From a virus, in IMG/VR virus record IMGVR_UViG_2698536665_000003, positions 99,816 through 163,815 of that record: a stretch of DNA of 64,000 nucleotides. One strand, 5' to 3'. A program made the translations under genes and the position numbers. Of the stretch, positions 10,593-21,774 are shown in pieces. The notes under the pieces were generated by a model, which did not search any database, was not told where the DNA came from, and was given only the letters and a program-made list of their open reading frames with translations. The number at the start of each line of letters is the position of its first letter. Position 1 is the stretch's first letter.

Positions 10593-11099
10593 ATGGTGTT
10601 AACATACGCGGAAGAAATTGAACTACGATATCTATTCTTAAAAGGTTTTACATACTTAGTTCGTAATGAAATTGGATCGGTAAATGTATTTGTTAATAAA
10701 CCACATCGAGATAAAGAAACGAACTATATCCCTCATGGTAAATCAAGAGGTGGTTATGACATTTGGATTGAAACTAAAACTCCTATACCTATAGCAGAAC
10801 AACGTAGATGCAGAGCTGTTGAATTAGGAGAGTACAAGTTTGTTACTTGGAAGTCTGAACCTATCTTAATATCTGACCTATTAAGTGTAGATAAAGAAAA
10901 AGAAGTGTATGTATTACTGTCTGATGGAGATGGCACTATGCGCTCGACGGATATGCCATTCGGAGTTGCCGTTACATCTGAAGGTGAAGCAAAACGATTC
11001 GTTTCAGAAGGTAATTGCGGCTACACTCAATCTTATGAAAAACTAACTGTCTTTGCCGACAAAGATGAAGCAATTAACTTTGCATTTAATAAGGGGTGA
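10593..11099 (+). CDS. hypothetical protein
   Basis: ORF with GGAGGG RBS. Confidence 0.6.
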   Translation: MVLTYAEEIELRYLFLKGFTYLVRNEIGSVNVFVNKPHRDKETNYIPHGKSRGGYDIWIETKTPIPIAEQRRCRAVELGEYKFVTWKSEPILISDLLSVDKEKEVYVLLSDGDGTMRSTDMPFGVAVTSEGEAKRFVSEGNCGYTQSYEKLTVFADKDEAINFAFNKG

Positions 11100-11709
11100 A
11101 TAAAATGACTTACGAAGAAGCGATAAAGGCAATTAAGTCGAATTACCCGCCTGAAAGATACACAATGCTTAGAGAAGCACTTGATTTAGCAATTACAGTT
11201 CTTGAAGCAGAAAGCAAAAAGAAAATAGTATAGCAATAAATAATGTAGGAGGAATTAATATGAGTCGATTAAGTTTACGTGTAGTAGGTAGTATCATGGG
11301 TAACTGTTTAATAATTACCGATAATGAAACAGAGAAAAATGTTGAGGTTATGGCATTACAGTTAAAAGGTATTCTTGGCAGTGAACAATCAACTGGTGAA
11401 CTCCCCCATGCTGGTTGGACTAAAGAAGGAGAGAAAATTACAATCTATCATGATGATGAAAGAGATAAGCATGAAGTCACATTTACGCTGCAGGAACTAG
11501 GCGAACTTATCAAATAAGGAGTGATATTTTGAAAACAATGAACGATTATCAATATGTGTATGAGAATTGGTATTGCGAAAGTTGCAAGAAATCAAATGAG
11601 GAACCAGTTCCCTTCTATGTTTATTGCATAAGAACTCCTTTAAGCCAGGTACGGGAATTAAAGAAAATGTTAGATGAAGGTATGAAGCCATAATGAGGAG
11701 AGATAAGCT

Positions 11710-12165
11710 ATGAAGTTTAGAAACTATAAGCAACTGTTAACGGAATTAAATAAGACCAAGCAGGTCATTCTTACTGTTAGCTTGTGGACACATAGCAGTA
11801 AAAGAATGGTATTCAATGTTCCGTTCGAACAAGTAAAGAATTGTTTGGATCGAGATATGATATTTGAGTGCTCCGACAAGGTGCTTAAGTTCACCTCTAT
11901 AGATGGTAAAGAGTTTAAGTCTCGATTAAATAGATTACGGATATCTAAGATTGATTCTGTAGAAGTTGTAGAACGACGCCCTATGTCATTTGGGGAGATT
12001 GAGGAATTAGTTAAGTCTATTCGTAACGATGTTAAACAAGATGCTTATAATCCGGAAGAGATTCTCCTGCTTTGCGATAAGGTTAGCGAAGTACTGGAGG
12101 AAAACTTAACTCTATGGTGTCAAAATGGTGGACTACAAAAGGCACTGAAGATTGCACAAATATGA
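11710..12165 (+). CDS. hypothetical protein
   Basis: ORF with GAGGAGAG RBS. Confidence 0.6.
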   Translation: MKFRNYKQLLTELNKTKQVILTVSLWTHSSKRMVFNVPFEQVKNCLDRDMIFECSDKVLKFTSIDGKEFKSRLNRLRISKIDSVEVVERRPMSFGEIEELVKSIRNDVKQDAYNPEEILLLCDKVSEVLEENLTLWCQNGGLQKALKIAQI

Positions 12166-12331
12166 TTAAGTTTATTAAACGTCTTATATGTAAACATAAA
12201 GGTCATGATTGGGATACTTACACAGTTGTTACTGGTTATTGGAGTTATGACATAGAACAAGCTGGATATTGTACAAGATGTGGTTATGATACACATGGAG
12301 AATACTTAAATCATTAAAAGGGTGTGTTTTT

Positions 12332-12883
12332 ATGAAATTTGCAGATAAAGAAAGTATATCTATCGGTGATAAGTATTGGGTTAGAACCATTACAGACAAA
12401 GACTACGAAGTAGAGGTTGTTGGTAATCCCGTGGAAAACATATACCAGGATGTGCTAGTACATTGCAAACGATTAGATAGGACAGATTGTGATATCCGTT
12501 TGGAGTTTGTCCGTCATTTATATACAAAGGAATCTATTAACTTTGAAATTGTGAAATCGGATTGTAAATATCCTGTTGTTATCTACTCTCTTTCATACGT
12601 AAGTCCTTTAGGAAAGATTCCTGTCATCGAGAAAAAATTAGAGTCATACAAAGGCAAAGTGTTGTTTGACTTACTACTGAGCAATGGTTTTGCCTCTAAC
12701 AGATATATTGAAGCAGAATTTAATGAAGGTAAGTTTTTAATAGGTTCTTTTCGCGCGGTAGAACCCGATATCGAAATAAAGATGGAGTCTTCCTCTTTTT
12801 ATTTAAAAGAACCTTCATTATTAGATAATGGGATTCTTCATAACCCACAAAAGTTTTTATTTAAGAAAGGTAAGATCTTGTAA
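12332..12883 (+). CDS. hypothetical protein
   Basis: ORF in a tightly packed co-directional run. Confidence 0.6.
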   Translation: MKFADKESISIGDKYWVRTITDKDYEVEVVGNPVENIYQDVLVHCKRLDRTDCDIRLEFVRHLYTKESINFEIVKSDCKYPVVIYSLSYVSPLGKIPVIEKKLESYKGKVLFDLLLSNGFASNRYIEAEFNEGKFLIGSFRAVEPDIEIKMESSSFYLKEPSLLDNGILHNPQKFLFKKGKIL

Positions 12884-13188
12884 TGAGTACTTCAACTACG
12901 AATCAAACAAAGGATGTTGTTATCCTTAGAAAAGATACAAACGTTACGTATTCACCTGGTACTCCTAATAAGTTTACCGCTAAAAGACACAATGTTATCT
13001 TGCGTAAGCGTAAGGATAAGATTGAGTTAAATATTCAAAATGACGGCTACGATGCGAATGGCCAACGTAAGTCTATTCTAAATGGATGCTTATTAACTAA
13101 AGAAGAAACTCAGTACCTAATTGATGAACTTCAAGGATTACTTAATCAAGATACAGTAAAAGAAAAACATCTTAAGGACGTGATTTGA
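12883..13188 (+). CDS. hypothetical protein
   Basis: ORF overlapping the upstream stop. Confidence 0.6.
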   Translation: MSTSTTNQTKDVVILRKDTNVTYSPGTPNKFTAKRHNVILRKRKDKIELNIQNDGYDANGQRKSILNGCLLTKEETQYLIDELQGLLNQDTVKEKHLKDVI

Positions 13189-13386
13189 TGTCAGGTATAA
13201 ATAACACTATTCACGATTGTCTTATTAGTGTAACTGGACGTGCACCAGAGCAGGATTTAATGAAGCGAGTTATCCGCCTCCTCCCTGCTTCTATCTTACT
13301 ATTAGCTGAACACTGGGGACCGAACGATACAGAGTTCAGAGATAAAACATTAATTTGGATTAGTAACAACAAGAAAATGCTAGAAG

Positions 13387-14919
13387 GTGAACTTTGTGGA
13401 ATTAACTAAAATCGTAGAAACATTAAAAACATGTAATGCAAAGGTTTATTTAGTAGGTGGAGCTGTTCGTGACTTACTATTAGACATCGTACCAAAAGAT
13501 AAAGATTATTGTGTCACTGGTATATCACAAGAAGGATTCGAGAGTCTCTTCCCTACTGCTATGTTACAAGGTAAAGATTTCCCTGTTTATCGTATGGATA
13601 TTGATGGAGAACTTTGTGAAGTAGCATTAGCTAGAAAAGAACGAAAAGTATCTGAAGGTCATAATGGTTTTGTTATCTATGCATCACCTGACATCACTAT
13701 TGAGGATGATTTAGCCCGCCGAGATATTACTATCAATTCAATGGCTATCGACCTAGAAACAAATAAGTTAATTGATCCATTCTATGGTGAACTTGACTTA
13801 CGAACTGAAACGATTCGTGCAACTACTGAAGCTTTTTGTGAAGATCCGCTTCGTGTGTATCGTGCTGCAAGATTTGCTGCAGAATATGGTTTCTTTATTG
13901 AATACAAAACATCGACGATGATGAATCAACTTAAATCAGAGTTGTTATCACTACCTATTGAACGTGTATTAGAAGAAACGAAGAAAGCATTCATGGCTCG
14001 TACCCCTTCCCGCTTCTTCCATGCATTAAAATCTGCAAATGTATTAGATGTTCATTTCCCTGAGATTGATTGCTTATCAGAACTTGAACAGAACTTAATG
14101 TACCACCCAGAAGGAAATGTATTTGAACATACGATGCAGGTTATTGATTCTGCTCGTTATCTTGCAGATGAATTACCTGTTAATAGTGAACTAGTAGTTA
14201 TGTTCTCTGCCTTACTTCACGATGTCGGTAAATATGTAACAAAAGGTATTCACCCTGTTAAAGGTACTCCTACTTATATTGCACATGAAGCAGAAGGTGT
14301 TCCAATTGCAGAACAATTTCTTGACCGCTTTAATTTAAAATCTTACAAGAAGGCTATCTTATTCAATGTAGCTAACCACATGGTTTTCCACGACGCATTC
14401 ACTGCAATGAAGAATGGTAAAGCTGTTGATTTTATGGAAGGTAAATTTGAATACAGTGGTAGTGATTATATAAGAAAACCAGGTCTTCTTCCGAGTGTCG
14501 GTTGGGCTCAAGATTACATTACCGTATGTATTGCTGATACAGTTGGTCGAATACGCAACCCGGAGCTATTACCAGCTGTTCTAAAAGTTGTATCTTGCAT
14601 GTTACGTGTATTTAACACTGAAGGTACACTCAACTTTGACGAACTAATTAGAAAGCTATTGTTCATTACCGGTAGTTATGAATCAGCTAAGAAACTGACT
14701 GTTGATTTAGTTATCGCTATTAAACATAAGCGTATCATGGATATGTATGTAGAGAATTCAAAGGATATCGCCTGCCTTCTTGATATTGAAGAACTAAAGA
14801 AAACATACAAAGGTGAAAAGTTAGGTTTAATGATTCATAAGGATAAACGTACACAGCGCACTGTCATTATGAAGAATGCTCGTGAACAAATGTCTAACTA
14901 TGTGGGGAAAATGGTATGA
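13387..14919 (+). CDS. cca: CCA-adding tRNA nucleotidyltransferase with HD phosphohydrolase domain
   Basis: VYLVGGAVRDLLL, KDKDYCVTG, RRDITINSMA, DPLRVYRAARFAAEYGF, then HD motif LLHDVGKYVTKG; GTG start at 13387. Confidence 0.92.
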   Translation: MNFVELTKIVETLKTCNAKVYLVGGAVRDLLLDIVPKDKDYCVTGISQEGFESLFPTAMLQGKDFPVYRMDIDGELCEVALARKERKVSEGHNGFVIYASPDITIEDDLARRDITINSMAIDLETNKLIDPFYGELDLRTETIRATTEAFCEDPLRVYRAARFAAEYGFFIEYKTSTMMNQLKSELLSLPIERVLEETKKAFMARTPSRFFHALKSANVLDVHFPEIDCLSELEQNLMYHPEGNVFEHTMQVIDSARYLADELPVNSELVVMFSALLHDVGKYVTKGIHPVKGTPTYIAHEAEGVPIAEQFLDRFNLKSYKKAILFNVANHMVFHDAFTAMKNGKAVDFMEGKFEYSGSDYIRKPGLLPSVGWAQDYITVCIADTVGRIRNPELLPAVLKVVSCMLRVFNTEGTLNFDELIRKLLFITGSYESAKKLTVDLVIAIKHKRIMDMYVENSKDIACLLDIEELKKTYKGEKLGLMIHKDKRTQRTVIMKNAREQMSNYVGKMV

Positions 14920-15644
14920 ATCAAGAACTAACGCCAAGCGAATACTTTGAAATTATAAAAGGCAAAAAGAATACGATAGATGATCAAGAACTCGTAAACA
15001 TCTATGATAACTGTCTTACTCTTTTGAACAAGTACAAAATCACTGGCCAAACTAAAGCTATTAAGAAATTAATCTTTCATTTAGAAACAATTGAAAAAGA
15101 ACGTAGCATTGTGCAGGCTGGTATCGATACATTTGTTTACCGTGATGACATCGAAGAATTTATCGAGAACATTTCTAAAGATACAGTTAAGATTCAGGAT
15201 CTTGAAAGTTACGAACGAGAAATACCTGATGATGTTGTTGCTGTTCTAGAGACTGTTAAAGATAAGTTCGACCAGTTCTATGTTGTGTTTACGGATTATA
15301 CAGGTAAGGTTGAAAAACAAGTAACAAAGGAACGCCGCGACAAGGACCCTATCCTCTTCGGAACATTCCAAGATGAGAAAAGTAGAACGGTTATTGACCG
15401 TTTCTATTTTATTGGCGATTGGGAAGATGAGTATTGTGACCTTACGTTAGATAAGATGGTTAATAAAGTACAAACTTCTAAGGGGAAAAACATTTCTATG
15501 ACAATTAAAACCCCTACAGATATTAAAGAATTAAAAGAACAGCTTTCTCTGCTAGAAGAACATGAAAACCGCTTTATAATGGGCAATAAACAAAAAACCG
15601 GTTTCTTCCAGAAGATATCTACGTTCTTCTCTAAAAAACATTGA
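14916..15644 (+). CDS. hypothetical protein, coiled-coil-rich
   Basis: ORF overlapping the cca stop (ATGA). Confidence 0.6.
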   Translation: MNQELTPSEYFEIIKGKKNTIDDQELVNIYDNCLTLLNKYKITGQTKAIKKLIFHLETIEKERSIVQAGIDTFVYRDDIEEFIENISKDTVKIQDLESYEREIPDDVVAVLETVKDKFDQFYVVFTDYTGKVEKQVTKERRDKDPILFGTFQDEKSRTVIDRFYFIGDWEDEYCDLTLDKMVNKVQTSKGKNISMTIKTPTDIKELKEQLSLLEEHENRFIMGNKQKTGFFQKISTFFSKKH

Positions 15645-16009
15645 AAGCAAACATAGATTTAACAGCTAATCAAGATTTTAATAAACCTGCTCAAAGAAAG
15701 CCTTGGTTCTTATATGAAAAAACACTTTCTATATTATCTAGTCGCTTAAGTAAACCTATTCCCTGGGATCAAAACGACATCTTTTCGATGTTAGGTTCAA
15801 CTCCGAGAAATAGTTTGGTGCATATTGGTAACAAGGAAGCTATTAAGAAAGAAAAGCGGTGGGCTAAATTTGAGCAAGGCCTATCTTGTGAATGTTGTGG
15901 TAGAGATTTATCGCTTATGCCTTGGAACATGACTTATAACTTATGTACTCCATGTGATGAAAATCTCGACATAAGTATGAATGGACGAACGGCTATCTTG
16001 AATTTATAA
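15641..16009 (+). CDS. zinc-finger-containing hypothetical protein
   Basis: CECCGRDLS...CTPCDEN. Confidence 0.55.
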   Translation: MKANIDLTANQDFNKPAQRKPWFLYEKTLSILSSRLSKPIPWDQNDIFSMLGSTPRNSLVHIGNKEAIKKEKRWAKFEQGLSCECCGRDLSLMPWNMTYNLCTPCDENLDISMNGRTAILNL

Positions 16010-16484
16010 AGGGGAATTTACATGAGAGCACTTATTGAAAACAATATGAAACTACTTATAGAAGAAAAATTAATCCGTACTGATGTAGTAGATCGTGCGA
16101 TGGTTAATTTAGGAGGTTAATAACGTATGGGTGATTTAGCTGATGATTGTTATGAAACAGCCATGCAGGAAATGTTTTCTATCAAGGAAGCAGTTACTAA
16201 ATATACTGTAAATGTTCCGGACCAAAAGGTTATTGATGATATCATCCAATCTTTTAAGGATAGTCCAGTTGATAAATCAGATAAGCATGAATGCCTAGCG
16301 CGGGACATACTGGTTACAGTAGCTAAAAGAAAAACACTAAGCATTAAGCAAAAGACCCGTTTAGTAATGGTATTGGTTGATCGATACACGGTGGGATATG
16401 AATGTGACTATGATTTATAACTCAAGGAGGGCTAACGCCCTCCCCTTTGTTGATTTTTATTCTATTTACTAAGGAGAGATAAAT

Positions 16485-18061
16485 ATGAGTACAGTAATTG
16501 AAGGATTAATAACACCAAACACAATTGAAAACACCGTTGAAACAATTGTTGATCCATTAGTTGAGAAATACGATTTAGAACAGGTTGAAATTAACTGGTC
16601 AGAAAAATCTACCTTAGCTAAAACAAATGAATTTGTGGCTTATTTTAAAAAAACGTTTAAATCAGTTTCTATTACGTAACGAACGTATTGAAATAGCACA
16701 TGAAATGAAACATTCGATTGCTGGTGGTTTTCTTTCAGATTCATATATGAAGAATGTACCAGAATTAAATAATGAAGAATCTTATCTCGTGACTGAGAGT
16801 AAATATAAGTCTAAAGATATTGATGTGTTCATGGAAGTTCCTGTATCAGCTTTCAGAGGATTAGATATTGAAGCATTTATTGAAGAAATACGGGAAGAAT
16901 TAAAAATAGCTAGTGGTAGTCCATTCTCTTGCCCTACTTTCAATATTAAGAAGTTTGAAAGAAACTACACATATGACTTTATTTCCGTTCCGTATATCTT
17001 TGAAGTAAGTATCGATAAGATGACTAGAATCGAATTAATACTATGTCGTGATATAGAACGGATTATGGATTTTGATATCTCAATCAGACACTTCTTTAAT
17101 TTTGGAGGTACAGAGGTTTATGCAGCGAAGTTTGCTATTAAAGACATTAAGAAAAAACGATTGTCTGTAGTGTGTCCAATTACACCTAAGAGCACATTGG
17201 TTCGTCTATTCTATTTCAAGAAACGCTATGGTTTTTCAATTCAATATACTGCTTTTAATATATTGACATGGGTATTCAAACAAAAAGGTAATACACCTGA
17301 AGAACTAATAGAATATGTAACTACTGTTGAGAAATTTAAATATGACTTTGCTCTTAGAAGCTATCTGTATAACATGGTTCTTGTATATCTTGAGGCATAT
17401 ACGGAATCTGCAGGCGGAAATATACCTCGAAAAGAATTTGCATCTCATGAACTACTCAACGTCTTAGCCAATGAAAAGATGTATCATCATAATGTATTTG
17501 TTAATGACAATGTATCGTACTTCGGAGAATTCAAAATGAGTTTCCCTTACTCTGACTTATTCCGACCTATTTATAAATTTGTCGCTAACAACTCTCTTTA
17601 TGATGTAATGTTTGCAACAAAATTTCCACATGGCTTCTTCGGTAAGTTCTACAAGTATCTGAATATGGGCAATAACTTCCCGACTTTCTTAGATGAACAT
17701 GGCTTAGAGTATCTTGAAGTGCTAAAAAAAATGCGTGTACTCTCCTTACGAATTAATCATGACGTATGTGGAATATGAAGAAACTAAGTCCAAAGAACAA
17801 GAATTACGTGATAAGCGAAAGTTTGAATTAGAACTACGCAATCTATTTACGCTTACTAGTGACCAAGACAAGTATCGTTATCTTAATAAAAAGTTTATCA
17901 GGAAACTTAAAGCTGGTTATCAATCACACCAAACCCCGCTTCCAGACTATTGTAATGAAGAAGACATTCCTTCTTTCTTAAAATTAGCTAAGCCGGAACC
18001 AGTTGAGTTTTATAACGTAGGGGCTCCTACCCCTATAGATGACGACAATTTACCATTTTAA
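16485..18061 (+). CDS. hypothetical protein encoded by three overlapping frames; continuous if one A is removed from each of two A-runs
   Basis: ORFs 16485..16679, 16627..17778 and 17735..18061. Dropping one A in TTTAAAAAAACG (about 16650) gives AYFKKRLNQFLLRNERIE; dropping one A in CTAAAAAAAATGCG (about 17728) gives EVLKKCVYSPYELIMTY. Confidence 0.6.
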
Positions 18062-18652
18062 TATATTATTAACCATGTGTCGTAACTCTTTCTCAGCCAT
18101 ATACACGGTTGACTACACCTACCCATGCGGGGAGACGACACATCTAACAATAAAACTTACATTCTAGGGGAATAAACTATAAAGTAATATATTAACCTAG
18201 AAAGATTATATTCTAGGGGAATCTAATAAATGGTATTAGATTCTCATACCTCCTCCCCTTCCATATTTGGTTGGGGTTGTTTAATTTATCAAATAATTAT
18301 CAAATGTTTGGGGGTGTTTATATTGACAAACAAATCTATTAATCAAACAATATATAGAATCGAGGTGAGCTGTGGTGACCCATAGTGAACATGTTGCACT
18401 TGGAGACTTAGTTGTAGTTGACACTGGTGTCCTTGGAAAGTTGGTTTACAAAGTAACTAACGACTTCCTTCATATTAAACTTGAGAATATCGACAATGGC
18501 TTTGAATACAATGAAGTTTTCAAAAGTCTTGGTGAGTTAGATGAATTCATTCGTAAGTATTCTAGCAATATACGATTAGTTTCTTTACATTAAGAACATA
18601 TCCCGGGACACATTCTCATATACTCTTAGTAAAGAAAACTAGGGGGATACAT

Positions 18653-18760
18653 ATGAAAAAGAAAAAGCGTGTAGGTGAACCAACCAATAAAAATAAGCCT
18701 AGAAAAACAGATGGACTACCTTCTAAGAAAAAGAAAGTAAGATCCGGGGCTTATTGCTAG
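18653..18760 (+). CDS. very basic 35-aa peptide MKKKKRVGEPTNKNKPRKTDGLPSKKKKVRSGAYC
   Basis: ATG after AGGGGG; followed by a terminator-like hairpin GGGGGCTATCGCCCC. Confidence 0.5.
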   Translation: MKKKKRVGEPTNKNKPRKTDGLPSKKKKVRSGAYC

Positions 18761-19109
18761 TTATTATATATTAATAAGTTATATTACTCTAGGTGGGGGC
18801 TATCGCCCCTACCCTTTTTGTTTTCTATGAACTCAATTTCTATTGTTATTGTTTTATTCAAATAGCAATTGCGTTTGCAGAAAACTAAACCTGTCATCAT
18901 GTTACGACACTTTTTAAATTATCTTAGGAATGTGTCCTAGACTTATTGTTTTGGGGAGGAGACATCTGTTCTGTTACATGTCAAATCCAAGTTTCTTGTA
19001 AAACACTATTATTTTTTTCATAGAGTATTTATTAGTCAACTTCTATTGACTTTCATACTCAAGCCGTTATATTTGAAAAGCTAAAATTATATTTCCGGAG
19101 GGATTATTA

Positions 19110-19835
19110 ATGGTAGAACTAAATGAAAAAGAGCAATTAGAAGAATTAAAGGAAAAGATCGGTGATATCAAAGCCGATATCGCTAACTATATTGAAGATA
19201 AGTTCGATGACATCTTTGCATTAATCAATGGACGCATTGAAGAACTATGCGATACAGAGCATGATGATGATTTCTCTGATGAAGAAGATCATGAAGAATA
19301 TGAGGAGCGCGACGTTCGTGATGAACTAACTCATGAACAAGAAGAACAAGCTGCAGTTTTATCACAAAACATTGCTTCTCAAATTCAGCAAACTAATCAA
19401 AATCAAGAAAACAGTGATGAAGACGCACCAGTAGTAGTAATCAGCTCCCCTGCTCCATCTTTAGCTGAAAATATTAAGAAACAAATCGATGAAGTAAAAA
19501 CAGTTGCAACAGAAACTCCAGTAAGTCTTACTGAACAAATTGCACAACAAGTTGCTGATAAAAACAACTTAGCTGTGGTTGCACCTGCTATGTCTGAAGG
19601 TCCAGTTGATATTCCTCAACCTGCTGAAGGAGCGCCTCGACCATTAGGTCAAATTATTGAAGAACTACGTAATAGTGTAAACACTGGAGTTGATGCAACT
19701 TCAGTAGAAAAAACAGAGCAATTAGTAGAACAAGCTGCTACACAAACTCCAGATGTTAATACTATAAAAGCATCAGGATTAGCACAAGATATCAAAGTAC
19801 AAGTATTATCTGATTCAATAAAAAAGCAATTATAA
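19110..19835 (+). CDS. acidic hypothetical protein
   Basis: ORF with CCGGAGGG RBS. Confidence 0.65.
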   Translation: MVELNEKEQLEELKEKIGDIKADIANYIEDKFDDIFALINGRIEELCDTEHDDDFSDEEDHEEYEERDVRDELTHEQEEQAAVLSQNIASQIQQTNQNQENSDEDAPVVVISSPAPSLAENIKKQIDEVKTVATETPVSLTEQIAQQVADKNNLAVVAPAMSEGPVDIPQPAEGAPRPLGQIIEELRNSVNTGVDATSVEKTEQLVEQAATQTPDVNTIKASGLAQDIKVQVLSDSIKKQL

Positions 19836-20016
19836 TAAACGATGGAGTTGATGCAGTAAAGGAAAAGATCACCTAGGGGAAAGGTGGTCTTTTTTGTTAT
19901 CACTCATACATAAAAATTAAGGCATAAACATAGAAAAAAGGGACAAAATGTGGATAAAATACACAAACTTGAGACTTTTAATATACAGAGAGAGAATTTA
20001 AAAGGAGATGTTAATA

Positions 20017-20316
20017 ATGGAATATGGATTAATTGTTACTGATGTAAAAATGAAAATTAAAGATGGTAATGGCATGAAAGCGATTTGTAATATTGTAGTA
20101 AATGGTATGTTAGCTCTAAATGATATTAGGATTGTAGAAAACAGAAGTGGGAAATTAATGGTTGCAATGCCTTCTAAGAAAATGGGAGATGGTAGATTCA
20201 AAGATTTAGCTAATCCTGTCAATGCAGAAGCTAGAAGAATAATTGAAGATGCTGTAATTGGTGAATACAACAAACTAACTTCTTTAAGCAATGAGCTGTT
20301 TGCACTTATTGGCTAA
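20017..20316 (+). CDS. spoVG: SpoVG-family protein
   Basis: VTDVKMKIKDGNGMKAICNIVVNGMLALNDIRIVENRSGKLMVAMPSKKMGDGRFKDLANPVNAEARRIIEDAV; AAAGGAG RBS. Confidence 0.88.
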   Translation: MEYGLIVTDVKMKIKDGNGMKAICNIVVNGMLALNDIRIVENRSGKLMVAMPSKKMGDGRFKDLANPVNAEARRIIEDAVIGEYNKLTSLSNELFALIG

Positions 20317-20630
20317 TACTATAAATAATAATAATACTAATAATATATCTATCACTATACATAGCAATGAAACTTGTACACTTACAATTGAATATGTAAT
20401 GTAAAGCAATATTTATATAACTGGTAACAAGCCAGTCGGGATCAGTATATTGATCATCCAATCAAACTAGTAGATTCTAGTGTTTTTAATATTTTTGTAG
20501 TGGATTATAATGTAATACACGTTTTTTTTATTAGTTTTTTAGTTAGATATATTGGCAATGTCGTACTCACAACATACAGATCTTTACCCACCATGATGAG
20601 ATACACCCAACACGAGGAGGAAATAAAATA

Positions 20631-21098
20631 ATGAAAATGAATACAAAAACAATCGTAGACAAAAAAATGCAGGCTGGAATGAACGAATTAGTACTTGAAA
20701 TGAACTCTTTAAAAGATGGATTAGACATTACAACGATGACAAAAGACATTTCAAGATATATAGAACAAAAAGTGGTTGGTACAGGTAGAAATTATAAAGT
20801 GGATATGTATGCTTTAGCTGAGAATGGAGTTTTAAAATTCGAACAACTAGCTTCTTTTGAAAATGGTTTAAATACTGAACTTATAATGGGTAATAAGGTA
20901 GTCACAAACAAAGAATCCAAGTATGTACTTGTTGTCCAATGTAAGATGAAGCTTCATACTATCAACAACTTCTCGAAATTACAGCGACTGGTTTATGAAT
21001 TGTATGGTTCGAATCCTGAAGTAGCAAAAAAAGGATTGGCAGCAATGTCACCAGAGGAACGATCCGTTATGGATGTAGCTCTTAAATATGAGCGTTGA
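20631..21098 (+). CDS. hypothetical protein
   Basis: ORF followed by a strong GGGGGG...CCCCCC + T-run terminator. Confidence 0.6.
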   Translation: MKMNTKTIVDKKMQAGMNELVLEMNSLKDGLDITTMTKDISRYIEQKVVGTGRNYKVDMYALAENGVLKFEQLASFENGLNTELIMGNKVVTNKESKYVLVVQCKMKLHTINNFSKLQRLVYELYGSNPEVAKKGLAAMSPEERSVMDVALKYER

Positions 21099-21103
21099 TA
21101 TAG

Positions 21104-21142
21104 GGGGGTGTTAATTTTTACCCCCCTCCCCTTTTTACTTTT
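21104..21142 (+). terminator. Rho-independent terminator
   Basis: GGGGGGTG...ACCCCCCTCCCCTTTTT. Confidence 0.6.
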
Positions 21143-21244
21143 GAAAAGATACACTTTATTAGCCTAGAATACACTGTTTTCTAGTGAAATCTAGTATTTT
21201 GTAACAAAAAAAAGAGCCTGGGATTCCTCCCAGGCTTCTTTTAA

Positions 21245-21769
21245 TTATTTACGTCTACCATATATACCTAGCATAGCAGATGCTGCTGCTGAACGAGCAC
21301 TATTTTGAGGAGCTTCTTGCTCTTCTTCTTGTTCTTCAGTATTATCTATAACCTCATCATTATCTTCTACAATCTCTTCTACTTCTTTAGGTTCTTCAAC
21401 ACTTCGTTTTACTTCTTGTACTTCTACCTGTTCTCCACCTACGTAAACTTTTACTTCTTCAGCGTTATTCTTAGCTTTGTCTATTTTCGCAGGTTTAACT
21501 GGCACTGGAATAGTTTGTACTTGTGTTACTTCAGGTTCAACTGTCGCAGAAATATATTCATATGGATTAGGTGGCATACCATTACGTCTAATCATCTCTT
21601 GATACATTAGACTTTTAATCCATCCACTAAAATTTCGAACACCAACACTCTGAGCGTAGTCATATAACTTAGCATCATTTACATTAAGAGTATTGAAATA
21701 AACCGTTTTATGTTGCTGGTTATCCGGTTTTTTCTTTTTAGGCTTATTAGTACCTTCGTTTTTAGCCAA
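21245..21769 (-). CDS. ParR-like centromere-binding protein
   Basis: Short RHH-like N-terminal region KTVYFNTLNVNDAKLYDYAQSVGVRNFSGWIKSLMYQEM; immediately downstream of a ParM-like actin gene. Confidence 0.6.
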   Translation of the reverse strand: MAKNEGTNKPKKKKPDNQQHKTVYFNTLNVNDAKLYDYAQSVGVRNFSGWIKSLMYQEMIRRNGMPPNPYEYISATVEPEVTQVQTIPVPVKPAKIDKAKNNAEEVKVYVGGEQVEVQEVKRSVEEPKEVEEIVEDNDEVIDNTEEQEEEQEAPQNSARSAAASAMLGIYGRRK

Positions 21770-21774
21770 TTAAA

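Noticed and set aside
21305-21610. Plus-strand ORF rich in F/Y/L
   Set aside because: Antisense shadow of the ParR-like gene.
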